A stretch of DNA of 64,000 nucleotides, taken from NCBI GenBank assembly GCA_942490895.1, contig CALNZC010000046.1:21335-85334 (forward strand). The letters run 5' to 3'. A program made the translations under genes and the position numbers. Each line of letters starts with the position of its first letter. Position 1 is the stretch's first letter. Shown in pieces: positions 1-9,386 of this stretch. The stretch is from an uncultured Saprospiraceae bacterium. Its GTDB lineage: Bacteria > Bacteroidota > Bacteroidia > Chitinophagales > Saprospiraceae. The notes under the pieces were generated by a model. The model did not search any database and was not told where the DNA came from. It saw only the letters and a list, made by a program, of their open reading frames with translations.

Positions 1-1259
1 CGCAGGGAACCTGCAACTGTCGGGACTTCTGCCAACTCTTCCGGCGGAAGGTCGTACAGGTTTTTGTCCATAGCATCGCCCGGGTGGATTTTGTTTTTGA
101 TACCGTCAAGGCCAGCCATCATCATTGCTGCGAAGGCCAGGTATGGGTTAGCGGTCGGATCCGGGAAGCGGATTTCAACACGTTTACCTTTTGGTGACGG
201 AGAGAACGGGATACGGCAAGATGCAGAACGGTTACGGGCAGAGTAAGCCAACAGAACGGGTGCTTCGAAGCCCGGGATCAAACGCTTGTAAGAGTTTGTA
301 GATGGGTTTGTGAAAGCGTTCAGCGCTTTAGCATGCTTGATGATACCGCCGATGTAGTACAGGCACATGTCGGACAGATCAGCATAGCCGTTACCAGCGA
401 ACAGAGGCTTGCCATCTTTCCAGATAGACTGGTGAACGTGCATACCAGAGCCGTTGTCGCCAGAGATCGGTTTCGGCATAAATGTTGCCGTTTTGCCGAA
501 GCCGTGAGCAACCATGTGAACAACGTATTTGTAAGTTTGAACGTTGTCGGCTGTAGAAATCAGATCGCCAAACATCATGCCCAGTTCGTGCTGAGACGGC
601 GCCACTTCGTGGTGGTGTTTGTCCATCGGCAGGCCCATTTCTTTCGCAATGGTAACCATTTCTGCACGCATGTCTTGAGCAGAGTCAACTGGCGGTACCG
701 GGAAATAACCACCTTTGACGCCCGGACGGTGGCCTGTGTTGCCTTCGTCGAACTCTTTACCCGTTACGTACGGACCTTCGTCAGAGTCGATTTTGAAGCC
801 AGTGTCGTTCATTTCGTTGGTGTAGCGCACGTCGTCAAAGACGAAGAATTCTGGCTCAGCACCAAAGTAAGCGGAGTCACCGATACCTGTTGTGGACAGG
901 TATGCCATTGCTTTTTTCGCGATACCACGTGGGCAACGGTTGTAACGCTCACCTGTAGACGGTTCGTAAACGTCGCAGTTGATGATCAGGCAAGGTTGTG
1001 CAGAGAACGGATCGATTGTCGCAGAGGTCGGGTCAGGGATCAAAGCCATGTCTGACTCGTTGATCTCTTTCCAACCTTCGATGGAGGAGCCATCAAACAT
1101 GATGCCGTCTTCGAAGTCGTCTTCGGACATGACATCGGCACACATGGTCAGGTGCTGCCACTTGCCGCGCGGGTCGGTGAAGCGCAGGTCGATGTAGTCA
1201 ATTTCGTTTTCTTTACAGACTTTGAAGATATCTGCAGGAGTTTTACAATCCAAGGCCAT
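1..1259 (-). CDS. glnA: Glutamine synthetase type I (GlnA); C-terminal end runs off the window start
   Basis: Absent from the ORF track because it has no stop in the window. Manual minus-strand translation from the ATG at 1259 gives [39 protein letters not shown]...[18 protein letters not shown]...[14 protein letters not shown]...[19 protein letters not shown], which are classic GSI motifs. It lies 59 nt downstream of glnB with an AAGGGAAGG RBS. Confidence 0.93.
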   Translation of the reverse strand, partial: MALDCKTPADIFKVCKENEIDYIDLRFTDPRGKWQHLTMCADVMSEDDFEDGIMFDGSSIEGWKEINESDMALIPDPTSATIDPFSAQPCLIINCDVYEPSTGERYNRCPRGIAKKAMAYLSTTGIGDSAYFGAEPEFFVFDDVRYTNEMNDTGFKIDSDEGPYVTGKEFDEGNTGHRPGVKGGYFPVPPVDSAQDMRAEMVTIAKEMGLPMDKHHHEVAPSQHELGMMFGDLISTADNVQTYKYVVHMVAHGFGKTATFMPKPISGDNGSGMHVHQSIWKDGKPLFAGNGYADLSDMCLYYIGGIIKHAKALNAFTNPSTNSYKRLIPGFEAPVLLAYSARNRSASCRIPFSPSPKGKRVEIRFPDPTANPYLAFAAMMMAGLDGIKNKIHPGDAMDKNLYDLPPEELAEVPTVAGSL

Positions 1260-1318
1260 GATATTTGCCTTCCCTTATTTGAGAGTGTGGTGAAAAAAGA
1301 TGAGTGTGTCGAAGCGGC

Positions 1319-1675
<357 letters not shown>

Positions 1676-1749
1676 TTAAAAGCCTAACTTCCCAGATGAA
1701 GGAGGACAGGAGCCGCGTTCATCGCTCTCGCCGCCTTCGCCGTTTATAA

Positions 1750-1765
1750 AGCATGTATCGTGCCA
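1750..1765 (-). promoter_or_regulatory. Candidate sigma54 (-24/-12) promoter of glnBA
   Basis: The minus strand reads TGGCACGATACATGCT, which fits GG-N10-GC with the TGGCAC -24 box. It sits about 90 nt upstream of the glnB ATG. glnBA operons in Alphaproteobacteria are commonly NtrC/sigma54 driven. Confidence 0.55.
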
Positions 1766-1850
1766 GATTTTAGAATAGGGAGAAAAACAAGGAATAATAA
1801 GGAGTCGCAGATTTAAGGGGTAAAAGTTGCCTCAATTTCAGACAATCTCA

Positions 1851-1869
1851 GTGATTAAAATTTAATCAC
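1851..1869. promoter_or_regulatory. 9-bp perfect inverted repeat (GTGATTAAA-A-TTTAATCAC), possible operator or enhancer site upstream of the glnBA promoter
   Basis: Read directly from the sequence. It lies about 90 nt upstream of the sigma54 box. It does not match the NtrC consensus, so its function is unknown. Confidence 0.2.
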
Positions 1870-2114
1870 ATGTTCATTAAATATGCAGAAGGCCACTTAA
1901 AATTTCGTGCTGAAAGTCTCTCCCTTTCCTGCTTTCTGACGCGACCGGGGTATGGTAAGGCTTAAAAAGATAAAGCCAAAATTAAAAAAATAAGAACCGT
2001 GCGGATTCATTTAATCTCTTGAAAATAAGGGTTAATTTTTAAGATAGTCGCGGCCGTTTGGGAGGTGCGTGGCTGACTTAGTTCGCCGACTCGGTTTTCG
2101 CAGAACGTGAGAAG

Positions 2115-2570
2115 TTGCATCACGTGTGCGAACTGAATAAAAAGACAGCAGTGTTATCAAAAAAAATGCCCAACAGTTGGGCGCATGAGGAAAATATGGA
2201 TCACATCGCCCAATATCACAAACGCGCAACCCCAGCGGAGGAAAAACTGGAATTATTTCTGTTTGGTTGGAGGGATGCGCAAGGGGGTGGTGATGATTAC
2301 GGGCTGAATACCGGACCGTGTGAAAAGACGTTTAACACGTTGATCAGCACCACTTATATGTTCCAGCCCAATCCCGCCTTTACCTTGTTGTGTCGCCCTT
2401 ATGAAATGACATCCGCGCAATTTGAGTATGTTCAGGAACATGATCTGGATACACAAGCGTTTTTAGAAAAACTCGGTCCTCTGCCAGAAATCAGATATGC
2501 CTTGGACTTATCTCAATATAAGGACGCCCCGTCGGCGCTGGCGGCCTTGGAAGACTTGCTTAAAAATTAA
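2115..2570 (+). CDS. Hypothetical protein (start uncertain; internal ATGs at MPNSW and MDHIAQ)
   Basis: 151-aa ORF with non-repetitive, protein-like composition. No recognisable motif. Confidence 0.45.
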   Translation: MHHVCELNKKTAVLSKKMPNSWAHEENMDHIAQYHKRATPAEEKLELFLFGWRDAQGGGDDYGLNTGPCEKTFNTLISTTYMFQPNPAFTLLCRPYEMTSAQFEYVQEHDLDTQAFLEKLGPLPEIRYALDLSQYKDAPSALAALEDLLKN

Positions 2571-2770
2571 TCAGTGCTGTATTTCAGGCCCAGAAGACCT
2601 GCGGTTTTGCGCAGGTGGTTTTGATCCATCAGGGTGGGGAGTTGGATGCCAAATTCATAAATGTTGGCAGAGACATGGGTGATTTTGAGGCCCTTGCTCT
2701 GCCCCTCTTGAATAAAGGCGTCGATCTGGTCTGGTTTTACGGCAATTTTACCAAATGAAAGATAGTTCAT
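2567..2770 (-). CDS. Small hypothetical protein
   Basis: 67-aa ORF, convergent with 2115..2570, with the two stop codons overlapping. No motif recognised. Confidence 0.3.
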   Translation of the reverse strand: MNYLSFGKIAVKPDQIDAFIQEGQSKGLKITHVSANIYEFGIQLPTLMDQNHLRKTAGLLGLKYSTD

Positions 2771-2850
2771 TTTAGGTTTCTGAATCCTTTTCTATCTTTA
2801 TAGGAGTGTGTTAGGTTAGCGCACTTTCAGGCACTATAGGGTGAAAATAT

Positions 2851-3174
2851 ATGTCCGGGCAAGATATCGTACGCAGCCGTCTTAAATTACGACTGGATAA
2901 AACTATTCGTGAATTGAATCAGGAGATTATTAACCCTGAAATCCCAGAAGTGAAACTGGAAGATCTGGAGCCTGTTTTGCGTCTGGTAGCCCGAACGCGC
3001 GCAGCTTATTTGAAAGAGCTTTTTGCCGTGACGCAAGGTGCGGGGGTTCATTTGCCATCCGCAGCGCAGGTGGAACGTCTGCAAGATGCGCGCGAAACTT
3101 ATGAAGAATTGCTCAAAGCATCACAAGCGTTAGAGGCGGCAATTGACCGTGGCTATCTGGATGTGATGGGCTGA
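2851..3174 (+). CDS. Hypothetical, helical or coiled-coil-like protein
   Basis: 107-aa ORF, MSGQDIVRSRLKLRLDKTIRELNQ...RETYEELLKASQALEAAIDRGYLDVMG, with heptad-like charged and hydrophobic spacing. Confidence 0.5.
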   Translation: MSGQDIVRSRLKLRLDKTIRELNQEIINPEIPEVKLEDLEPVLRLVARTRAAYLKELFAVTQGAGVHLPSAAQVERLQDARETYEELLKASQALEAAIDRGYLDVMG

Positions 3175-3374
3175 TATTTGAGGTTGTGTTTGCAACTGCA
3201 AATTATTTTAAGTTATTGAAGGTTAAAGGTTTCTCTTGAATATTATGTTTGCCTAACCCATGTCTTGTCTATAAGAGTCTTATCTATATGGGTAGCACTT
3301 AAGGGTTGCTACGGAATGGTCCTTATTTCCCTTAGGCGCTAAAGTAGTGGAAGACTCAGTTGGGAGGATATAAA

Positions 3375-3986
3375 ATGGTTTCGGGCAAACAATGGGTTTC
3401 CTTGTTTTTTGCGCTAGTGTGTGTCGGTTTATCGTGTGAAGCGAGAGCGCAGCAAGACGCGCCATCCGTGTCTATTATTGACGCCAAAGCAATTCAGGAA
3501 ATTAGAGACTGGCTTAAAAACCCGGTCGTTGAAATGTCGATTGCGGCACAAAATAAAAAGTACAAACAGCTTGCGCAGGAAGAAATCGACAAGCTGGACA
3601 AGCAGTGGCGTGAAGAACGCAAAAGCGAGGATCAGCCGCTGGTTGCTGCGATCCTGAGCAATCCTCTTTCAAATTATCTGACTCAGATTCAAGCGGCCTC
3701 CGGGGGGCTGTTTACAGAAATTTTTGTTATGGATGCCAATGGCCTGAACGTCGGGCAGAGCGCGATTACAGGTGACTTCTGGCAAGGCGATGAAGCCAAA
3801 TTTCAAAAGACATTTCCAAACGGTGCAGATGCTATCTTTATTGATGAAGCCGAGTTGAATGACGAAACCAAAACATGGCGCGCACAAGTCAACCTGACGG
3901 TCAATGACCAGAACAACACGCCGATTGGCGCGGTGACGGTAGAGTATAATCTGACCGAACTCGCTCGTCGTCGCGGCATGTTGTAA
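3375..3986 (+). CDS. Secreted periplasmic sensor-like (PDC/Cache-like) protein
   Basis: ATG at 3375 is preceded by GGGAGG; the track start at 3360 is a TTG. Signal peptide [26 protein letters not shown]. The mature part ([27 protein letters not shown]) resembles extracytoplasmic PDC-fold sensor domains. It is immediately upstream of the MCP. Confidence 0.6.
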   Translation: MVSGKQWVSLFFALVCVGLSCEARAQQDAPSVSIIDAKAIQEIRDWLKNPVVEMSIAAQNKKYKQLAQEEIDKLDKQWREERKSEDQPLVAAILSNPLSNYLTQIQAASGGLFTEIFVMDANGLNVGQSAITGDFWQGDEAKFQKTFPNGADAIFIDEAELNDETKTWRAQVNLTVNDQNNTPIGAVTVEYNLTELARRRGML

Positions 3987-4006
3987 GAAAGAAGGATCAA
4001 AACGTC

Positions 4007-5695
4007 ATGAAGTTTCTAAGACATATGAAAATCGCCCATAAGCTGACGCTTGTGTTCGTCATCCTGATTTCTTTTACAGTTTTTATGGCTTTGGTTGCCT
4101 ATCTGTCGATCAACGATATCAAGACAGCCGATCTCGCCAGTGAAGCAGCACGCGAAACGGAAACAGCAAATAACCTCTATCAAAAAACCTACGCGGATCA
4201 ACGTCAGGGACTGGTCTATTACCTCTTGACCGGGGATCGTGAGGGGCTGGAGGAATATAAACGTCTGGCTGCAGAATCTATGGAGCGCTTCGCTGAACTA
4301 AAAAAAATGTCAGCAGATAATGAGACCTTGAGCAAAATTGTCATGCAGTTGGCGATCTATAAAGATGAATGGACGTCGCGGTTTGCGGAGGAGCAAATCC
4401 GTCTGATGCGCAACTATCTGACGACAAATCAGGCCCGCGCAATCGAGGTGACAGGCCTGCCGCAGGAAGTGCTGAGTAAATTTGATCAAACCGCGCACGC
4501 GTTGGATAAAGAATTGGAGGCGATTATTGCGCAGTCCTTAAGAGATAAACAAGCCGCGCTTGACCGGTTTGTGATCGCGATTGTCGTGTCGATTGGATTG
4601 TTGGTCGTTACGGCAGTGGTGCTGGGTGTGATGTTGACACGGGTGATCGCAAATCCGATCTCGCGCATCACGGGTGTCATGGATCAGTTGGCAGATGGCC
4701 AACTGGATGTGGAGATCCGTGGCAATGATCGCAAGGATGAGATTGGCGGGATGGCTCGTGCAGTGGAAGTCTTCCGACAAAATGCAATCCAGCAAAAGGA
4801 AATGCTGGAACGTGATGCCGAAATGCAGGAGTTGGAACGTCAGCGTCACCATGCGATGGAACGTTTGGCCCAGGACTTTGATGCCAAAATGAAAAAGGGC
4901 CTGATGGTCGTCTCCGATTCCGTTCAGCAGGTCCGCGAGTCTGCGTCCAAAATGGCGGGGAATGCAACAGAGACGGGCACGCTGTCACAAGATGCGTCCG
5001 GCGCGATCAAGGTCGCCAGTGCGAATATCAATACGGTGTCGGCCGCGTCAACCGAGCTGTCAGCCTCCATTCGTGAAATTTCCAGCCAGATTTCTAAAGC
5101 GTCTGAAGTATCGCGCGCTGCTGTGCAGGATATTGAAGAAACCAACGCCCGTGTTGAAGCGTTGAACGAAGCTGCAAACAGTATCGGGCAGGTCGTGCAG
5201 ATTATTAACGACATTGCGGATCAAACCAACCTGTTGGCCTTGAACGCAACCATCGAGTCCGCGCGTGCGGGGGAAGCGGGTAAAGGGTTTGCGGTTGTGG
5301 CAAGCGAGGTGAAAAATCTCGCCAACCAGACCAGCCGCGCAACCGAGGAAATCCGCCTGAAGGTTAACGAAATTCAGCAGGAAACCGGTACCGCCGCCAG
5401 TGCCGTGCTGGGGATTGGCAATACCATCCGCACCATTGACGAGTTGACGGCACTTGTCGCCAGTGCGGTGGAAGAACAAGGCGCGGCAACAAGCGAGATT
5501 GCCCGCAACGTTGACGAAGCCGCCCAAGGTGCAAATCAGGTTGCCGACGTGGTCGGGTCCGTGGCGCATGCCGCCGACGAGACCGGGTCCCTTGCTAACG
5601 GTCAGCGCGATATTGTGGAAGAACTGAGCCGCAGCAATGAGGAGCTGAGAAATGATATCAGCACCTTCCTGCAGGAAGTGGAAAAACTCCAGTAA
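4007..5695 (+). CDS. Methyl-accepting chemotaxis protein (CHASE3-like sensor, HAMP, MA signalling domain)
   Basis: N-terminal TM segment, CHASE3-like [14 protein letters not shown], a second TM segment and HAMP ([26 protein letters not shown]). Highly conserved signalling hairpin [37 protein letters not shown]. Confidence 0.93.
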   Translation: MKFLRHMKIAHKLTLVFVILISFTVFMALVAYLSINDIKTADLASEAARETETANNLYQKTYADQRQGLVYYLLTGDREGLEEYKRLAAESMERFAELKKMSADNETLSKIVMQLAIYKDEWTSRFAEEQIRLMRNYLTTNQARAIEVTGLPQEVLSKFDQTAHALDKELEAIIAQSLRDKQAALDRFVIAIVVSIGLLVVTAVVLGVMLTRVIANPISRITGVMDQLADGQLDVEIRGNDRKDEIGGMARAVEVFRQNAIQQKEMLERDAEMQELERQRHHAMERLAQDFDAKMKKGLMVVSDSVQQVRESASKMAGNATETGTLSQDASGAIKVASANINTVSAASTELSASIREISSQISKASEVSRAAVQDIEETNARVEALNEAANSIGQVVQIINDIADQTNLLALNATIESARAGEAGKGFAVVASEVKNLANQTSRATEEIRLKVNEIQQETGTAASAVLGIGNTIRTIDELTALVASAVEEQGAATSEIARNVDEAAQGANQVADVVGSVAHAADETGSLANGQRDIVEELSRSNEELRNDISTFLQEVEKLQ

Positions 5696-5721
5696 ACTTC
5701 CCATCAGCTAGAAGCGTATGA

Positions 5722-5765
5722 GAGAAGCCAAGACAGTTTTATGGTTGTCTTGGCTTCTTTTTATT
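5722..5765 (+). terminator. Rho-independent terminator after the MCP gene
   Basis: GAAGCCAAGACA-loop-TGTCTTGGCTTC followed by TTTTTATT. Confidence 0.7.
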
Positions 5766-5821
5766 GGCACGTTATCTGGCCCGTGCTTGCGGCCTCACCT
5801 TAATTCATAGGCAAAGAAAAT

Positions 5822-6982
5822 ATGAAAAACAGTAACAACATTCTCGCCGAATATGGCACCACGATTTTTGCGACCATGTCGGCCTTGGCGCAGGAACATA
5901 ACAGCATCAATCTGGGGCAGGGGGCGCCGGACGTGGATGGCCCGAAGGAAATTCGCGAGGTTGCCGCCAAGGCGCTGATAGACGGCCCTAATCAGTATCC
6001 CAGCATGATCGGTGTGCCGGAACTGCTCAAGGCCGTTGCGCGCCACAATAAACGTTTTTATGGCTTGGATGTGGACCCCAACAGCGAGGTGGTGATTACC
6101 TCCGGTGCGACAGAGGCTTTGTGCGCCTGTTTTATGGGGCTGTTGAATCCGGGTGATGAAGTGGTTTTGATTGAGCCGCTTTACGATTCCTACTTGCCGA
6201 TTATCCGCCATATTGGGGCGATTCCTAAACTGGTGCGCGTGGAGCCGCCGCATTGGGAGTTGCCGCGCGAAGAGTTGGAAGCCGCCTTTAGCGAAAAAAC
6301 AAAAATGCTGGTGCTGAACTCCCCCATGAATCCGTCGGGCAAAGTTTTTAACGACGATGAGTTGGCGTTTTTGGCGGGATTGGTCGAAAAATACGATGCC
6401 TATGCGGTCTGTGACGAGGTTTACGAGCATCTAGTCTTTGAAGGTCATGAACATCGTCCCTTGATGACCTATCCCGGCATGCGTGATCGCTGCATGAAAA
6501 TCGGCTCGGCGGGGAAAACGTTCTCCCTGACGGGGTGGAAAATTGGTTATATCACCGCTGCCCCTGCCTTGATGAAGGCGATTATGAAGGCGCATCAGTT
6601 TCTGACTTTTACGATTCCGCCTGCTTTGCAGTTGGGGATCGCTCATGGCTTGGAATTCGGGGATGACTATTACAAAACCTTTACCCAAGAAATGCAGGAT
6701 CAACGCGACCAATTGGCAGCGGGCTTGCGCGAGGTTGGCTTTAAGGTGTTGGATACCCACGGCACCTACTTCCTGACCTGTGACTTCTCTCCCTTAGGCT
6801 TTGACGGCGATGATGCGGCCTTCTGTCGCTATATTACCGAAAAGGCAGGGGTGACAGCGGTCCCGACAGGGGCGTTTTACCAGCAGGATGGGCCGAGCCA
6901 TTTTGTGCGTTTTTGCTTCTGTAAACAGCCGTCTTTGTTAGAGGAAGCGGTGCGTCGCCTGAAGGATCACTTTTCAGATTAA
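5822..6982 (+). CDS. PLP-dependent aminotransferase class I/II (YbdL / kynurenine-methionine aminotransferase-like)
   Basis: 386 aa with INLGQGAPD, NQYPSMIGVPEL, LNSPMNPSGKVF and the PLP-lysine motif SAGKTFSLTGWKIGY. Confidence 0.9.
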   Translation: MKNSNNILAEYGTTIFATMSALAQEHNSINLGQGAPDVDGPKEIREVAAKALIDGPNQYPSMIGVPELLKAVARHNKRFYGLDVDPNSEVVITSGATEALCACFMGLLNPGDEVVLIEPLYDSYLPIIRHIGAIPKLVRVEPPHWELPREELEAAFSEKTKMLVLNSPMNPSGKVFNDDELAFLAGLVEKYDAYAVCDEVYEHLVFEGHEHRPLMTYPGMRDRCMKIGSAGKTFSLTGWKIGYITAAPALMKAIMKAHQFLTFTIPPALQLGIAHGLEFGDDYYKTFTQEMQDQRDQLAAGLREVGFKVLDTHGTYFLTCDFSPLGFDGDDAAFCRYITEKAGVTAVPTGAFYQQDGPSHFVRFCFCKQPSLLEEAVRRLKDHFSD

Positions 6983-7044
6983 TTTTTTTGAAATAGTGGC
7001 TTGACGGGGGTGGGCGCATGGCGTACATAAGCGCCCACAGCGAT

Positions 7045-7122
7045 GGCGATTGTAGCTCAGTTGGTTAGAGCACCGGTTTGTGGTACCGGTGGTCGGGGGT
7101 TCGAGTCCCCTCAATCGCCCCA
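7045..7122 (+). tRNA. tRNA-His (GTG) with G-1 and encoded CCA
   Basis: Manual cloverleaf. G-1 plus acceptor GCGATTG/CAATCGC, D arm GCTC-AGTTGGTTA-GAGC, anticodon arm CCGGT-TTGTGGT-ACCGG (anticodon GTG), T arm GGGGG-TTCGAGT-CCCCT, discriminator C, then CCA. Confidence 0.95.
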
Positions 7123-7130
7123 TGTAAGAA

Positions 7131-7176
7131 AAGCCCCTCGATCAGCGGTGACGCAGGTCGGGGGGCTTTTATTTTT
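7131..7176 (+). terminator. Terminator-like hairpin after tRNA-His
   Basis: AAGCCCC ... GGGGCTT stem followed by TTTTATTTTT. The loop is long (about 24 nt). Confidence 0.55.
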
Positions 7177-7189
7177 GGCAGTTTTCTGC

Positions 7190-7678
7190 GGCAGGTACCG
7201 ATGGAAAGTGGGGGAAACTCCGCGAACAAGGGCACCGTGGACTATCCGTTGGAGTCGGAGCATGTCGATCTCGTGGAAACCCCGTATGTATGGAATGATT
7301 CCCAGGATAAACTCCTTTTCGATGACCCGTGGAGCCTCGGTCATCTTTGAAGCCGGCCGCTTGGAGGATTTCGGCAGCCTGGATGCGTTCAAGGATTACA
7401 TCTTTGGAAACAAGGTGACGTTGTTGAAGACCGTTGTCCCCGGTTTTTACCGGTTGCGCTACGAATATGTGGAAAACAACGAAACCCGTATCGATTTCAA
7501 TGCCGCCAACCTGCAAATCCCGAGAATCAACGGCGAGCCCGTGGACTATGATCCGGCATACCTTTTCGACAGTCCTTATCTGCAATCCGAGTACCAAAGC
7601 GGAGTGGTTTTTTTCGGCCTCCCACGAGAGCCTGATTCGGTGGTGGTCAAGCGATTCCTACCGGAAGGTGCGGAATGA
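7190..7678 (+). pseudogene. C-terminal gene fragment without an N-terminus, carrying an internal frameshift
   Basis: Two frames join near 7330: ...GTVDYPLESEHVDLVETPYVWNDSQDKLLFDDP / GASVIFEAGRLEDFGSLDAFKDYIFGNKV...VVKRFLPEGAE*. No start codon or 5' part is present. The track ORF 7043..7678 begins inside the tRNA. Confidence 0.5.
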
Positions 7679-7728
7679 CGAGGCGTTAAAGTCCGTCCCC
7701 AATTTTGGAAATTTAATTCTGCTACAAA

Positions 7729-8800
7729 TGAAAAACCGTCCTGCCAGCCCTTTTATTTTGTTCCTTCTTGTAGCGATTTACACTGCAAGTCTAGAGGCTA
7801 ATCCCGATGTGCAACAGCGATTTGAAAACGTGATCGCCCACATCACGGAAAACCCTGTCGATGAACTCCCTGTCAGGAACCACCCGGTTTACCCGGAGCG
7901 CGTATTCTGCCGGCTCTTTAATATTTCCCTTTCTGCCCGGGCCTATTTCCAGTTCAGCACCGACCCGTCTCTGGACGCCTCTTCCAGCGAGGATTTGAGG
8001 AAGGTCTCCCAGTGGTACCTCGACAATCCGGATAAGGCCCCGATCCCGATTCCGCCTATTGGGCCGGCGAATATCACGCGGCGATTCTTGCCAAATTCGG
8101 CAGTCGAGGAACGGAGCGAGCAGGAGCAATTCCCCGCGATGTGGAGATGCTCCTCATGGAGTACATGTTTGATTATGTAAACTACTGGTCGCGCTTGCAC
8201 CTTTTTATGACATCAGCCTTGAGCACCACACCTTTCATTACTGGGCCTCGGAGAATCACTGGTGGCAGGAAATCGTGACGGGATGGGGGATATCTCCTCG
8301 CGCTAAAGGACGATCTCGATTTTGCGGATCGGACGATGGGTGACGGGCGTTCGATCCAGGAGCATTACAACCGCACGGCCGTCTACATGAAGCAACACAT
8401 GAACCAGCGTGCCCGTAAAGGCTTTCTAACCGAGATTTCGAGCGGTGGATACGCCATGCGCATGCAGAACATGGCAGATGATCTACACGATATCTCCTGA
8501 CCCGATCCTCAAAGAACTGGCGGAAAACACCCTCGACCTTGCGGGCCTTTTGGGCAGAGGAGCAGGTTTCCGGGGAACGCGGTGGTGGTAAAGTCAGGCA
8601 TCGCCGATTGAAAGGGCTTCTTCCTGATAACGAGGCTCAAATGATCTCGGCCTGGTTGTATTTCGGGATTGGGTCGGTGAATTATGATGCCATCACGGCA
8701 ATCGGGCCGGACTCCACCAGGCTCGCCTCCATTACATGGCATTGCTTTCTGATACCGACCCATTGACGTCATTTATGAAATTATCGCAGACCGGAAAACC
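7729..8800 (+). pseudogene. Decayed secreted-protein gene (multiple frameshifts and stops)
   Basis: Begins with the signal peptide MKNRPASPFILFLLVAIYTASLEA. Protein-like sequence then continues only by hopping frames (e.g. YWAGEYHAAILAKFG..., ENHWWQEIVTGWG..., HYNRTAVYMKQHMNQRARKGFLTEISSGGYAMRMQNM). The 3' limit is approximate. Confidence 0.5.
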
Positions 8801-8849
8801 GCTGCTCCGTTTGCCGTCACACACACAGAAGACGGGCAACTTCCTGCTT

Positions 8850-9386
8850 CCATACCGGGAGTTTGGACCCTTCATCACCGTGAAAACCGCCCGCCATAAT
8901 GTGGAGGATGGCGATTGCCTAAAATATTCCTGGGTAACACCCGGTTTTGTGCTGGGAACCGCGATGCGGCCGCCGCTGGACGCAGGTGCATGGCATCCCG
9001 GTCCTTCCAGTGTTGCGCAAGCCTGCCCTGAGGTGTGAAGTCGCTCCGCAGCATCTTCTCGCCCTTCACGTCCATGACGCGGGAGTACGACGAGCTGTCC
9101 TTCAGCACGCGCAGCAGCGTATCCGGGTCGATTCCCTGCCTGTTCGCCGAGCACGAGCGCTTCCGCGAGCACGAGCCGGGTCAGTCCGAGCATGAGATTC
9201 ACGACGAGCTTCGTCTTCCGCGCCCCGTCCGCTTGCTCCCATGTGATACGAAGCACGGGCGAACGTGTCAAACAGGTCGCGGCACGATTCCGCCACCGCG
9301 CGGTCGCCGCCCGTCGTCACGATGACGTCGCGATCGGCGATCTGCTTGCTCGAACCGTGGATCGTCGCATCGATGCCAGGTTCTTA
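8850..9386 (-). pseudogene. Fragment of a 3-hydroxyisobutyrate / beta-hydroxyacid dehydrogenase family gene (N-terminus missing, at least 2 frameshifts)
   Basis: Minus-strand pieces: GIDATIHGSS...VTTGGDRAVAESCRDLFDTF...HMGASGRGA / KTKLVVNLMLGLTRLVLAEALVLGEQAGIDPDTLLRVLKDSSSYSRVMDVKGEKMLRSDF / ...IAVPSTKPGVTQEYF. The order and motifs match the C-terminal half of this family. The upstream half is replaced by the IS element. Confidence 0.6.

Noticed and set aside
333-1055. 240-aa plus-strand ORF and neighbours (979..1197, 1152..1427, 1304..1687)
   Set aside because: They are antisense to the strongly supported glnA and glnB genes, and their sequences are not protein-like (H/R/V/C rich).
5060-6430. 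Minus-strand ORFs 5060..5704 and 5795..6430
   Set aside because: They are antisense to the MCP and aminotransferase genes, which have unambiguous motifs.
7043-7189. N-terminal part of track ORF 7043..7678
   Set aside because: This stretch is the tRNA-His gene and its terminator. Only the part from about 7190 onward looks like a (decayed) coding sequence.
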